Shown here: piece after piece, positions 21,114-31,457 of the stretch
How the letters are laid out: every line of letters begins with the position of its first letter
Position numbering within the stretch: the first letter of the stretch is position 1
NCBI GenBank assembly: GCA_963666215.2
Contig: CAXWPL010000002.1
Coordinates: 224,001 to 288,000, forward strand
Length of the DNA stretch: 64,000 bases
DNA from: Acidobacteriota bacterium
Lineage (GTDB): Bacteria > Acidobacteriota > UBA890 > WLXD01
Direction: 5' to 3'
Notes under the pieces: model-generated
Told to the model about the DNA's origin: nothing
What the model saw: the letters and a program-made list of their open reading frames with translations, nothing else
Databases searched by the model: none
Position numbers and translations under genes: made by a program

Positions 21114-21419
21114 CGTGCGTCCGGCCGCGTAGCTCTCGATGCCGATCGTCATCGCGCTCCGCCGCCAGGCCAGCAGGGGGGCTCGCCCCTCAGTTAGCCG
21201 CGTCTCAGTATCGGTGTCTCCGCGGTGTCGAGCGTTTCGGCGCTCCGTCCCGCGAGAGTCCGCGCGTGACGCCGGGGCCATCGAGCGAGTAGCCTAGTAA
21301 CCGGGGCAGGGGCGCCCCGCTGGCGACGATGGCCGAGGTCGCGCGACCTCACTCGATGTGAGCAGCGCGCCACGCGCCGCCACGAGCACACCACACCGTG
21401 GGAGGCGAGGGAGCTTCGC

Positions 21420-22067
21420 ATGAATGCGTGGGGGAATCGCTCGCGGGTCTGGCGGACCTGCCTGACGGGTTTGATCTGTGCCTGCCTACTGCTACCGGTC
21501 GCCGAAGCGGCGGCTCAGGCGAGTGGTGGCTTCGGCGTCAAGGCTGGCCTGCAATGGGCCGACTTCCGAGGCGACGGCACCGGCGAGGTTGCTGAGGTGA
21601 AGCGTGCCTCCGGGCTGTCGATCGGTGCGGTCTTCACCAGGCGAGGCACCAAGTACGTGCTGCGACCCGAGATTCTCTACAGCAAACGGGTGCTCGATCT
21701 CGTCGGTGCCGACCCTGCCGGCGGGACGCAGCTCGAGGCAACCTACATCGAGGTGCCGGTGCTGCTGCGTGTAGGCGCTCCAATGGGATCGGCGAGCTCG
21801 ACCCCGGTGCTGCTCCTGGGTCCATACGCCGCCTATAAGCTCGACGTGAAGACCGTTGCATCCGGAGATGTTGGCGAGATCGACGTCTCGGACGACTTCG
21901 AGGACATCGACTACGGCCTGGTGTTGGGGGCGGGGATGGAGTTCGGTAGTTTCGCTGTCGACGCCCGTTATGTCATCGGCCTCCGGAAGCTCTTCACCGC
22001 GGTGGAAGGCGACCAGCCAGACATCAAGCACCGCGCGCTGGGGATCTTCGCGACCCTGAATCTCTAG
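21420..22067 (+). CDS. Outer-membrane beta-barrel (porin family/PorT-like)
   Basis: Signal peptide; FGVKAGL, LRPEILYSKR, YIEVPVLLR, LLGPYAAY, DYGLVLGAG, DARYVIGL. Confidence 0.8.
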   Translation: MNAWGNRSRVWRTCLTGLICACLLLPVAEAAAQASGGFGVKAGLQWADFRGDGTGEVAEVKRASGLSIGAVFTRRGTKYVLRPEILYSKRVLDLVGADPAGGTQLEATYIEVPVLLRVGAPMGSASSTPVLLLGPYAAYKLDVKTVASGDVGEIDVSDDFEDIDYGLVLGAGMEFGSFAVDARYVIGLRKLFTAVEGDQPDIKHRALGIFATLNL

Positions 22068-22112
22068 GCAGGTTCTCGGCGGCCTTGAGCGCCGGGGTTG
22101 GCGATTGACGAG

Positions 22113-22778
22113 TCAGCGACGATAGCCGGGCTCGATCGCTTCGGGTGCGTCGTCGAACAGGACTTCCACGCGGCTCGTGCCGGCTACGAAGCCGATGCGG
22201 AAGACCTGGAGGAATTCGCGCACCGGCGGCAACATGCTGATTTCCCCTTCGCCGCGACCAGCTTCGGCGAATGGCCCTTCGTGCGGCACCAGTGCGAGGC
22301 CGATGGTGATTTCGGGCTCCAACAGCTCGACGGCGCCGATCAAGTCGTCGACAGGCTGGTCACTGCGGGGCGCCGGATAGGGCAACAGGAGTTCGAACTC
22401 CTGAGCCTGATCGTTGACCGAGGACAGTGGTACTTGAAACAACAGACCTTGCTGGGCGTCGATCACGTAGGCGCGTTGGTTGACGCGAATCACGAACTCA
22501 CTGGCCGAAGGCGTGGTCCAGGCTTGGGCGCTCGCGCGACGCCCCTGCACGGTGGCGTGGCGGACCGCGAGCTGACGCAGCCGCAGGCGAACGAGCCAGC
22601 GCCTGGATGCAGCTTCGCCGTCCGCCTGCGACGAGGCCTGTGGGTGCTTCTGCAGCGCCCGACCGCCGCCAAGATCACGATCGGCGCTCGACCGTCCCGC
22701 AGTCGACGGCTGCCACACAGGCGTCCATAGCGACGCCAGCAGGAGGGCGACGAGGAGGGTCGGGCGTGCGACGATCAA
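22113..22778 (-). CDS. Hypothetical secreted protein
   Basis: Hydrophobic N-terminus; fills the gap downstream of the BON gene; no recognised motif. Confidence 0.5.
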   Translation of the reverse strand: MIVARPTLLVALLLASLWTPVWQPSTAGRSSADRDLGGGRALQKHPQASSQADGEAASRRWLVRLRLRQLAVRHATVQGRRASAQAWTTPSASEFVIRVNQRAYVIDAQQGLLFQVPLSSVNDQAQEFELLLPYPAPRSDQPVDDLIGAVELLEPEITIGLALVPHEGPFAEAGRGEGEISMLPPVREFLQVFRIGFVAGTSRVEVLFDDAPEAIEPGYRR

Positions 22779-22796
22779 AGGGTCAGAGTTGGCCGG

Positions 22797-23222
22797 TCAC
22801 GCGGAAAGCGGGTAGGCCAGCGCTCGGCGGTTCGATGCCGCGGACGAAGCATCGCTGACAGACTCGTCGGACACGTGGATCTGCAGGTCGTTCTGGACGC
22901 GTTCCACGCCGTCGACGCCACGCGCAATGAGCTCGGCCAGCTGCCGCTGCTCGGTTGTTGCCACCTTGCCGGCGAGCGTCACGACGCCGTTTTCGGCATC
23001 GACGTTGATGCCGCCGAACAGGGCGAAGTCCTTCTGCAGCGCCAGCGCCGCCTTGACCGAGGCGGCGACCTTGAGATCGCCTGCATAGCGGCCGGCAGCG
23101 TCGATGGACTCGCCGGTTTGCTTGCGCACCGAGTCCAGGTCGATTGCCCGATCGTTGAGCACAAACGTCAGCGCCACTCCGCTGACGAGACCGAACGCAA
23201 AGATGAACAGCTTGCCAAGCAT
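22797..23222 (-). CDS. BON domain protein
   Basis: N-terminal TM; DLKVAASVKAAL...INVDAENGVVTLAGKV...ARGVDGVERVQNDL. Confidence 0.9.
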   Translation of the reverse strand: MLGKLFIFAFGLVSGVALTFVLNDRAIDLDSVRKQTGESIDAAGRYAGDLKVAASVKAALALQKDFALFGGINVDAENGVVTLAGKVATTEQRQLAELIARGVDGVERVQNDLQIHVSDESVSDASSAASNRRALAYPLSA

Positions 23223-23429
23223 GTGAAGAACCCTCGTTTGCCCGGTTTTCGCGACGCCAGCAGTGTACATGACCCCGGCGGAGGTCTGGTGGGGTAGCGG
23301 CGTCAGGGAGGTGGTCCCGGAGTCGCGGGCGACGTGCCTGGCGATGCTCCACTTGCTACTGTGATTGGCACACTCTGCGCACCCGGACCCCCCTCTGTTT
23401 TCGCCCCTCTTGTGTGAAGGTCGTCGACC

Positions 23430-26400
23430 ATGGCTTCATCCACTCGCCGGCAGCTGTTCTGGCTGATGCCAGCGCTTCTTCTCCTCGGCGGCCTGCGGCT
23501 GTTGCCACAGATCTCCGACACCGTCGCCGTACAGGCGGCGCGCGATCGCGGTCAAGCTTCGTTCGAGGAGAAGCAGTACTCGGACGCGATCGACTCCTTC
23601 CGCAGTGTCGCCGAGTCGGGTGCGGCAACAGCTCAGGATTTGATGAACCTGTCGCTGGCGCTCTACAAGAACAACGACGATCCGGCAGCGCTCAACTACT
23701 TGCAGCAGGCGGAGCAACTCGACAGCAGACACCCCGGCTTGCCATACTTGCGCGGCATCATCCACAAGCGTCGTGGCGATTCCGAGCTGGCTCTCGTCGC
23801 TTTACAGCGAGCCGCCGAGCTCGATCCCACCGATCCGGCGATTCGCTTCAACCTCGGCACGGTGTTCGAGCAGCTCGAAAACCCGGCCGCCGAGGCGGAG
23901 CTCGAGGCGGTGATCGCCATGGGCTTCGACATCGGACTGCAGCACTATGTCTCGAGTCTCTATCGTCGTGCTGGAGCGTTACTCCGGGCCGGTGAACGTG
24001 ACGCGGCGACCGACTACCTCACGCGCTGGAGGCAGGAAAGTCCACGCCTCTCGCAGGCCGCCCAAGGGCAAGCGGCGCTCGAAGAAGGTCGCCATACGCG
24101 CATCCGTGTGCCGCGACTGAACGTTGCCGCGGCGATCCCCGAGAGCGCCGCGCGGATTCGCTGGCGGGTCGCCGATCTGCAAGCGTTGTCGACGCGCCCC
24201 GCCAGGGCTGCATCGGGGGTGGCGGCAGCGGCAGGCGTCGCGGTGTTGACCGGCGGCGACGGGAAGGCCGTAGTGATCGCGCTTGTGGGCGATTCGATTC
24301 GCGCGGCCGGAGTCAACGGGGAGGAGCTGGATCTGGGGCTGGAATTGCCGGGTCTCTCAGAAGGCGCACAGGGAGCCAGGTTAGACGGTGGCGCTTCGGT
24401 GGCCTTCGCGGTGGGCGACTTCGACGATGACCGGCTCGAGGACCTGGTTGTCGTGGCAGCTCGCAGCGCCGGCGACCAGTTGTATCGTCGCGGCACAACG
24501 CCCGAGGGGCAGCCGCAAGACAGCTTCGAACGTGTTATCGCCCAGGGCTTGCCGGGCGGTCGTGTCGCGAGCGCGTTGGTGTGGGTGGACGCCGACCATG
24601 ACGGCGACCTCGACCTGCTCAGCGCGCACACCGACGTTGCCTCGGGCCCCGGTTTGCGGCTACTCGACAACCTCGGGGGCGGCGCCTTCGAGGACGTCAC
24701 CTCGGTGGCGGGTCTCGACGCACCAGTGGCGACACGCGACATCCTGTGGGCCGACTTCGACAGCGACAACGACACCGACTTCTACGCAATTCGCTCGGAA
24801 GGCGCGAACGCGCTGTTCACCAATCTGCGCAACGGCCGTTTCGACGACATCGCCGTCGCCGTGGGCGCCTCGGGCCCGACGACAACGCTCGCCGCCGTGG
24901 CCGAGGACCTCGACAACGACGGTGCTCCCGATCTGGCGCTCGCCGGACCCCACGGGCTCACCCTGTTGCGAAACACGGGCGACGGGACCTTTCTACCGGT
25001 CAAAGCCGGGCTGGAACTGGGGGCTCTCGACACGATTCTGGCCGCCGACCTGAACAACGACGGCCATCTTGATCTGGTTGTTGGCGGCGCCGACGGGCCT
25101 CGTGTTCTGGTCAATCAGGGCAGCTGGCAGGCCGCCGATTCTCCGCCATCCGAGTTCATCGAGCCCTTCCGCGCGACTCGCCTGGAGCTGCCGCCCGATG
25201 CCACGCCGCTCCTGGCACGCGATGCCGATGGCAACGGTGGTGTGGACCTGTTGCTGTCTCGTTCACAAGACGGCTCGCTGGCCTGGTACCTACAGGAGGA
25301 ACCTGTCGGCTCGTGGTTGGCCCTTTCGCTTCAAGGCGACAAGAACAACGCTCTGGGCGTGGGCTCAACCGTCGAGGTCAAGGGCGGTGGCCTCTATCAA
25401 CTGCGCCAGCTGCGCCACAGTGAGCTGCACTTCGGCCTTGGAGCGCGCGATTCGCTCGATGTCGTTCGGATCACCTGGCCCAACGGGATCATCCAGAACG
25501 AGATAGGGCCGTCGGTGCCACAACGCCTGGGCCCGGTCGCCGAGCTGGAGCGGCTCGAAGGCTCCTGTCCGCTGCTCTACACCTGGGACGGTCACCAGTG
25601 GCGCTTCATCAACGAGGTGCTGGGCGTGGCACCGCTGGGCATGCCGCTCGGCAACGGTGAGGTCCACGCCGCCGATTATGACGAGTATGTTCCGGTGCCC
25701 GCCGAGGCTCTGAAGTCCCGCGACGGTTTTCTGGAGCTACGTTTCACCGAGGAGCTGCGCGAAACGGGCTATCTCGATGCCGTGCGCCTGCTGGCCCTCG
25801 ATCACCCGGCGGACCTGCAGCTCTACCCCGACGAGAAGTTCGTGGCGCCGCCGCACCCGGAGTTCTCTGTCTACGCCCTGCGCGAGCCGCTGCCCGTGAC
25901 CGCGATCGACCAGCGGCAGCGCGATTGGAGCGCCGAGCTCGCGGCGGTGGATGAGAGCTGGGCGGTGCCGTTCGAGCGCGCGCCTTACGACGGTTTGGCC
26001 ACTCGGCATCACTTGGAGTTGAGCCTCCCCGAGGCGTCCGGCGGCAGCGAAGCCGACGAGCAGGTCGTGCTCTTTCTCACAGGGTGGGTTTACTGGGCAA
26101 CCGGTAGCTCGAACGTCGCTGTTGCCGACGACCCGCGTTACGACTTCGAGCCGGTATCGCTGCAGGTGCCCGACGGACAGGGGGGCTGGCGTGTGGCAAT
26201 CAACGACATCGGCATTCCAAACGCCAAGAACTCCACAGTCGTCGTCGATCTCACCGAGCACTTGCGGCGCGGCGACCCTCGTGTGCGCATCTCGACAACG
26301 CTCCTGCTGTACTGGGATGCCGCTCGTTACGCGGTGGGTGGCGGCGCGGCGCATCTGTTTCCGGATTCGCCCACGGGTGCCGGTTCGGCGGGCTCCGGGT

Positions 26401-26975
26401 GGCTCGAGGCGTACGGCGTGCCGCGCCCCGGCCCGGTCTCTCTGCTGCGATCGGACGTGGCAGGCCAACAGCCCTTGGAGGCCCGTATGCACGCACTCGC
26501 GCCGCTCGATGCCGACCTGCAATTCCGCGGCTTCTCGCGCCTGCTACGCACCACGGAGGGCTACGAGCGCTTCGACTACGACACCGTGCTGGCTGGCGCT
26601 CCGTGGGACCAGCACCGTGGTCACTACACTCGCTACGGCGGGGTGGGCGAGCTGTTGCAGGTAGCGGATGACCGTTTCGTCATTCTGGGGACGGGTGACG
26701 AGGTGGCCATCCGCTTCGAAGACTCGCTGCCCGAGCTGCCCGCCGGCTGGCGGCGCGACTGGCTCGTCTATCTCAACGGCTGGGTCAAGGACGGCGACCC
26801 GAATACGCTGCACGGCGATCGTGTGGAGCCGTTGCCGTTCCACGCGATGAGCGCCTACCCTTACGGACCCGATGAGCTTTACCCGGATACTGCGGAGCAC
26901 CGCGCCTATCAGCTCGACTACAACACGCGGCCGGCTCGGCGGATCAACCCCCGGCTAGCTCTCGAAGACTACTGA
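23430..26975 (+). CDS. Large secreted TPR + FG-GAP/VCBS + ASPIC/UnbV protein with extended C-terminal domain
   Basis: N-terminal hydrophobic anchor, TPR helices, repeated DxDxDGxxDL motifs, LHFGLG...VRITWPNG, then GSCPLLYTWDG...GWVKDGDPNT. Confidence 0.85.
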   Translation: MASSTRRQLFWLMPALLLLGGLRLLPQISDTVAVQAARDRGQASFEEKQYSDAIDSFRSVAESGAATAQDLMNLSLALYKNNDDPAALNYLQQAEQLDSRHPGLPYLRGIIHKRRGDSELALVALQRAAELDPTDPAIRFNLGTVFEQLENPAAEAELEAVIAMGFDIGLQHYVSSLYRRAGALLRAGERDAATDYLTRWRQESPRLSQAAQGQAALEEGRHTRIRVPRLNVAAAIPESAARIRWRVADLQALSTRPARAASGVAAAAGVAVLTGGDGKAVVIALVGDSIRAAGVNGEELDLGLELPGLSEGAQGARLDGGASVAFAVGDFDDDRLEDLVVVAARSAGDQLYRRGTTPEGQPQDSFERVIAQGLPGGRVASALVWVDADHDGDLDLLSAHTDVASGPGLRLLDNLGGGAFEDVTSVAGLDAPVATRDILWADFDSDNDTDFYAIRSEGANALFTNLRNGRFDDIAVAVGASGPTTTLAAVAEDLDNDGAPDLALAGPHGLTLLRNTGDGTFLPVKAGLELGALDTILAADLNNDGHLDLVVGGADGPRVLVNQGSWQAADSPPSEFIEPFRATRLELPPDATPLLARDADGNGGVDLLLSRSQDGSLAWYLQEEPVGSWLALSLQGDKNNALGVGSTVEVKGGGLYQLRQLRHSELHFGLGARDSLDVVRITWPNGIIQNEIGPSVPQRLGPVAELERLEGSCPLLYTWDGHQWRFINEVLGVAPLGMPLGNGEVHAADYDEYVPVPAEALKSRDGFLELRFTEELRETGYLDAVRLLALDHPADLQLYPDEKFVAPPHPEFSVYALREPLPVTAIDQRQRDWSAELAAVDESWAVPFERAPYDGLATRHHLELSLPEASGGSEADEQVVLFLTGWVYWATGSSNVAVADDPRYDFEPVSLQVPDGQGGWRVAINDIGIPNAKNSTVVVDLTEHLRRGDPRVRISTTLLLYWDAARYAVGGGAAHLFPDSPTGAGSAGSGWLEAYGVPRPGPVSLLRSDVAGQQPLEARMHALAPLDADLQFRGFSRLLRTTEGYERFDYDTVLAGAPWDQHRGHYTRYGGVGELLQVADDRFVILGTGDEVAIRFEDSLPELPAGWRRDWLVYLNGWVKDGDPNTLHGDRVEPLPFHAMSAYPYGPDELYPDTAEHRAYQLDYNTRPARRINPRLALEDY

Positions 26976-26982
26976 GCGATCG

Positions 26983-27558
26983 CTACACCGAACACGACGA
27001 GTCGTTTGCCGGCCTGATGCGTTCGTAGCACTCGAAGGTGAAGGCGAAGGCGTGGCTATCGTCGGACTCGTGATGCTCCTGGCAGGTTAGCTTCCAGGCC
27101 GACAGATCGATCGGGGGGAAGGATGTGTCGCCTTGCGGTGCGGCATGTACGCGCGTCAGCGACAGTCGGTCGGCAATGGGCAGCGTCGACTCGTAGACAC
27201 GCGCGCCGCCCACAACGAACAGCTCGGGGTCGTTGGCGGCGAGTTCCAGGACCTGCTGAATCGTTGCCGCGGTCGCCAATGTGGCCACGGTGTCCGCTGA
27301 TCCCACTGCTTCCGCGTCAAGGTTCTGGCGGGCGAGCCAGCTCGGATCGCTGGTCAGTACCAAGGTCCGACGCCCTGGCAGGGGGCGGCCGATCGATTCG
27401 TAGGTCAGCCGCCCCATCAGCAGCGTGTGCCCGAGGGTCAGCGCTTTGAAGCGGCGCAGGTCCTCCGGCAGTCTCCACGGCAACGCGTTATCGCGGCCGA
27501 TCACCCCGTTGTCGGCGATCGCGGCGACCAGCGTCACGCGTGGTCGCCGGCAGCTCAT
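26983..27558 (-). CDS. folA: Dihydrofolate reductase
   Basis: [50 protein letters not shown]; ATG overlaps the thyA stop. Confidence 0.95.
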   Translation of the reverse strand: MSCRRPRVTLVAAIADNGVIGRDNALPWRLPEDLRRFKALTLGHTLLMGRLTYESIGRPLPGRRTLVLTSDPSWLARQNLDAEAVGSADTVATLATAATIQQVLELAANDPELFVVGGARVYESTLPIADRLSLTRVHAAPQGDTSFPPIDLSAWKLTCQEHHESDDSHAFAFTFECYERIRPANDSSCSV

Positions 27559-28349
27559 ACCGCCACGGGCGCCTTGATGTGCGGGTGCGGGTCGTAGTCG
27601 CGTAGCCCGATGTCTTCGTAGCGAAAACCGTCCAGCTCGTCCACGTCCGGGGCGAGCCAAAGGCGCGGCAGTTGTCGGGGCTCGCGCGTCAGCTGTTCGG
27701 TGGCCTGTTCGAAGTGGTTGCTGTACAGGTGGGCGTCTCCAAGAGTGAACACGAAGTCGCCCGGCGCGAGCTCGGTGGCTTGCGCCACCATGAGCGTCAG
27801 CAGCGCATACGACGCGATGTTGAACGGCACGCCAAGAAAGATGTCGCCGCTGCGCTGGTACAGCTGGCATGACAGCCGGCCCTCGCGTACGTAGAACTGA
27901 AAGAGCACGTGGCACGGCGGCAACGCCATCTGCTCGATTTGGCCGACGTTCCACGCCGATACGATCAGCCGGCGGGAGTCGGGGTTGTTGCGGATCTCGT
28001 CGACGACCCAGCCAACCTGATCGATGCTGCCACCATCGGCCGTGGGCCAGGAGCGCCACTGATACCCGTAAATCGGCCCCAGGTCGCCATCCGGGCCGGC
28101 CCACTCGTCCCAGATGCGCACTCCGTGCTTCTGCAGGTCGCCGACGTTGCGGCCGCCGTGCAGGAACCAGAGGAGTTCGTGAACAATCGACTTGAAGTGC
28201 AGCTTCTTGGTGGTCAGCAGCGGGAAGCCCTGGGCCAGGTTGAAGCGCAGCTGATGTCCGAACAGGCTTCGTGTCCCGGTCCCCGTTCGGTCGGACTTCA
28301 CCGCGCCCTGTTCGAGGACGGTGCGCATCAAGTCGAGGTAAGGTTGCAT
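27555..28349 (-). CDS. thyA: Thymidylate synthase
   Basis: [47 protein letters not shown]. Confidence 0.98.
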   Translation of the reverse strand: MQPYLDLMRTVLEQGAVKSDRTGTGTRSLFGHQLRFNLAQGFPLLTTKKLHFKSIVHELLWFLHGGRNVGDLQKHGVRIWDEWAGPDGDLGPIYGYQWRSWPTADGGSIDQVGWVVDEIRNNPDSRRLIVSAWNVGQIEQMALPPCHVLFQFYVREGRLSCQLYQRSGDIFLGVPFNIASYALLTLMVAQATELAPGDFVFTLGDAHLYSNHFEQATEQLTREPRQLPRLWLAPDVDELDGFRYEDIGLRDYDPHPHIKAPVAV

Positions 28350-28484
28350 CGCTCGCATTGTCGCACGGGCAAGACAGCGTTGCGCCTTGACCTAGCCCGG
28401 ACTAGCGTCGATTCGCCGGTCGCGCCCACCCCACGCAACGCGGTTTCGATCGCGCCCGGCGCGACCCGCGCCGCTGGCTCACGC

Positions 28485-29555
28485 ATGTCGATCGACGTAC
28501 TTTCCGCCAACGCCTCTTCCGACGCGCTCGAAACTCAGGCGTCTCTGGACACCGCCGCGCTCGCCGGTGTGCATGGCTCGTCCGACGCTGACGACCCTAT
28601 GGAATTGGCGATTCAGGCGAAACAGCTGCGCAAGGATTTCGGCGCGTTGGCGGCGGTCGACGGCGTGGACTTCGGTGTTCGTCGTGGTGAGTGCTTCGGC
28701 TTCCTGGGTGTCAACGGAGCCGGCAAGACGACCACGATCAGGATGATCCAGTGTCTCTCGCCGCCCACCTCAGGCGAGCTACGTGTGCTCGGGATGGATG
28801 TGCAAGGTCAGGCCCGCCGTATCAAGTCGCGTCTGGGCGTGGTGCCGCAGCAGGACAACGTCGATCCCGACCTGCGAGTGCGTGAGAATCTGCTCGTTTA
28901 CGCCCGCTACTTCGGCATTCCGCGGAGGAAAGCGCGCGCTCGGGCCGATGAGTTGCTCGAGTTCGTGCAGCTGGACGAGCGCGCTGAATCGCCCGTGACG
29001 TCGCTGTCGGGAGGAATGAAGCGGCGGCTGGTGCTGGCGCGGGCGATGATCAACCGGCCGGAGCTCATGCTGCTCGACGAGCCGACGACGGGTCTCGATC
29101 CCCAAGCCCGTCACCTCGTCTGGAGTCGGCTTCGACGGCTGCGCAGCGCCGGCGTCACAACGCTTCTGACGACGCACTACATGGAGGAAGCTGCGCAACT
29201 GTGCGACCGCGTGGCGATCATTGACGGCGGACGGCTGCTCGCCGTAGGCGAGCCTGAGGCGCTGGTGACCGAGCACGTGGGCCGTGTGTGCATCGAAATC
29301 CGCCCGGCGCCCGGCGGTCGGCAGCAGCTGCACGCCGTGCTTCAAGGGTTGTCCGGACAGAGACAAGAAGTCGGCGACACCGTTTATCTGTACCCGGGCG
29401 AACACGACTCGGAGGCTGACTGGCGAGCCCTGCAAGCGCTGCCGAACCAGCGGCTCGTTCACCGTCCTGCGGCGCTCGAGGATTTGTTTCTGCGGCTAAC
29501 GGGTCGAGATCCCGAGACCTCGGCGTCTCCGCGCCGGGGAGACCTCGATGAGTAG
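28485..29555 (+). CDS. ABC exporter ATP-binding protein (NodI-like; start 28485 or 28599)
   Basis: GVNGAGKTT, LSGGMKRRL, LLDEPTTGLDPQARH, TTHYMEEA. Confidence 0.9.
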   Translation: MSIDVLSANASSDALETQASLDTAALAGVHGSSDADDPMELAIQAKQLRKDFGALAAVDGVDFGVRRGECFGFLGVNGAGKTTTIRMIQCLSPPTSGELRVLGMDVQGQARRIKSRLGVVPQQDNVDPDLRVRENLLVYARYFGIPRRKARARADELLEFVQLDERAESPVTSLSGGMKRRLVLARAMINRPELMLLDEPTTGLDPQARHLVWSRLRRLRSAGVTTLLTTHYMEEAAQLCDRVAIIDGGRLLAVGEPEALVTEHVGRVCIEIRPAPGGRQQLHAVLQGLSGQRQEVGDTVYLYPGEHDSEADWRALQALPNQRLVHRPAALEDLFLRLTGRDPETSASPRRGDLDE

Positions 29556-29605
29556 CGCCGGGAGCCGCCGGTGAGGCGCGATAGGCGCCGCAGGGTGGGC
29601 GAGCG

Positions 29606-30400
29606 ATGAGCGGCGCCGGGTTCGCGTGGCTTGTTGATGGGTTGCCTTCTTATCGCGCCGCTCGCGTCTGGCGGCGCAACGCAACGACCTACCGGCGCGT
29701 CTGGCCCGGCAATCTGCTCGGCCATCTGGCCGATCCGCTCTTCTACCTCGGCGTGCTCGGCTACGGCGTCGGTGCGTTCATGCCCGACGTCGATGGCGTT
29801 CCTTACGTTGTCTTCCTGGTGCCTGGTCTGGTGGCGGCTGCGGGAATGGCGTCGGCTTGTTTCGAAGGCGCGTTCTCGTCGTACTTTCGGCTGCACACAC
29901 AAGGCACGTTCGACGGGATTCTGGCCACGCCGGTCAGCCTGGCCGATCTGGCCGCCGGGGAGACGGTCTGGGCGGCGACCAAGGGGGCCATCAGTGCTCT
30001 GGCGACGCTCGGCGTTGCGGCCGCTTTCGGGCTGGTGCCCACCTGGTGGGGTCTGCTGATCGTGCCTATCGCACTGCTTCAGGGGATCTTTTTCGGGGCG
30101 CTGTCGCTCGCAATCGCCGCGCATATGGAATCGATGGATCACCTGAACCATTTCTACGCACTCTTCATCATGCCGGCGATGTTCGTGTCGGATGTCTTCT
30201 TCCCCATCGAGCGCCTGCCAGCCGCAGTGCAAACACTGGCTCTGGCATCGCCGTTGACCCACGCGGTGCACCTGGCACGTCCGCTCAGTCAGGGAGCGGT
30301 GCCGGCGGATTGGCTCCTCGAGCTGCTGTGGCTGGCGCTCGCGGGAGCAGCCGGGCTGGCGCTGGCGACATGGAGCTTGCGGCGCCGACTGATCGTCTGA
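29606..30400 (+). CDS. ABC-2 type permease (NodJ-like)
   Basis: Six hydrophobic segments; DPLFYL..LGYG, YVVFLVPGL, ILATP, FFPIERLP, PLTHAV. Confidence 0.88.
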   Translation: MSGAGFAWLVDGLPSYRAARVWRRNATTYRRVWPGNLLGHLADPLFYLGVLGYGVGAFMPDVDGVPYVVFLVPGLVAAAGMASACFEGAFSSYFRLHTQGTFDGILATPVSLADLAAGETVWAATKGAISALATLGVAAAFGLVPTWWGLLIVPIALLQGIFFGALSLAIAAHMESMDHLNHFYALFIMPAMFVSDVFFPIERLPAAVQTLALASPLTHAVHLARPLSQGAVPADWLLELLWLALAGAAGLALATWSLRRRLIV

Positions 30401-30478
30401 ACGGCATGAAATTCTCATTCGCACCGCGGACACGGCCCCGTCGGGCCGAAAGTCGTTTCGTGTGGGATAATTCCGCGC

Positions 30479-31447
30479 ATGCTTGACCTCCCGACACATC
30501 CGGACCCTGGTTCTGGCCAAGCTGCTGTTGGGGTGCGCGCACGCAAGCCCGATTGGCTTAGAGTGCGTCCTCCTGGCGGCACGGAGTACACGTTCATCAA
30601 GGGACTCCTCCGCGAGCGGGGCTTGCACACGGTCTGCGAGGAGGCTCGCTGTCCCAACGTCGCCGAGTGCTGGAGTGGTGGAACCGCCACTTTCATGCTG
30701 CTGGGAGACATTTGTACTCGCGGCTGTCGGTTTTGCGCCGTGACCACCGGCAACCCCGGCGGACTTGTGGATCCGGTCGAGCCCAACAAGCTGGCCGACG
30801 CGGTGGCGTTGATGGCACTGCGCTACGTCGTGCTGACGATGGTCGATCGCGATGACCTTGCCGACGGCGGCGCCGCGCACGTCGGTCGAGCCGTGCGTGC
30901 GATCAAGGCACGTGTGCCCCACACGATCGTCGAAGCACTGGTTGGGGACTTCTCCGGGGAGGGCGATCCGATCGATGCGGTCTGCGCTTCCGGGGTTGAG
31001 GTCTTCGCCCATAACATCGAGACCGTGGAGCGCCTGCAGCGGACGGCGCGTGATCAGCGCTGCGGCTATCAGCAGTCGCTCGATGTGCTCGAGCACGCCA
31101 AGCGCCACGTCAGCCTGCCGTACACCAAGTCGTCGCTCATGCTCGGCCTGGGCGAACAGGACGATGAGGTGGTGCGGACGATGCGCGATCTTCGTGATGT
31201 CGGCGTCGACTTTCTGACGCTCGGTCAGTATCTGCAGCCCACGCCTCGACATCTCGCCGTGGAGCAGTACGTCACCCCGGAACGTTTCGACGCGCTGCGG
31301 CGAGTCGGCGAGAAGCTGGGCTTCCTGTACGTTGCCGCCGGCCCGCTGGTGCGCAGCTCCTACAAGGCTGCCGAATTCTTCATCGAGAGCCTGATTCGCG
31401 ATTCCAATTCAGACCTCACGGCCGGCATACAGTCGGCGCGCGCTTGA
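30479..31447 (+). CDS. lipA: Lipoyl synthase
   Basis: CEEARCPNVAEC, CTRGCRFC, GQYLQP, VRSSY. Confidence 0.98.
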   Translation: MLDLPTHPDPGSGQAAVGVRARKPDWLRVRPPGGTEYTFIKGLLRERGLHTVCEEARCPNVAECWSGGTATFMLLGDICTRGCRFCAVTTGNPGGLVDPVEPNKLADAVALMALRYVVLTMVDRDDLADGGAAHVGRAVRAIKARVPHTIVEALVGDFSGEGDPIDAVCASGVEVFAHNIETVERLQRTARDQRCGYQQSLDVLEHAKRHVSLPYTKSSLMLGLGEQDDEVVRTMRDLRDVGVDFLTLGQYLQPTPRHLAVEQYVTPERFDALRRVGEKLGFLYVAAGPLVRSSYKAAEFFIESLIRDSNSDLTAGIQSARA

Positions 31448-31457
31448 AGCAGGGACG

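Noticed and set aside
23366-23381. Possible sigma54 promoter TGGCACACTCTGCGCA
   Set aside because: GG-N10-GC spacing fits, but the TT before the -12 GC is absent; too weak to call.
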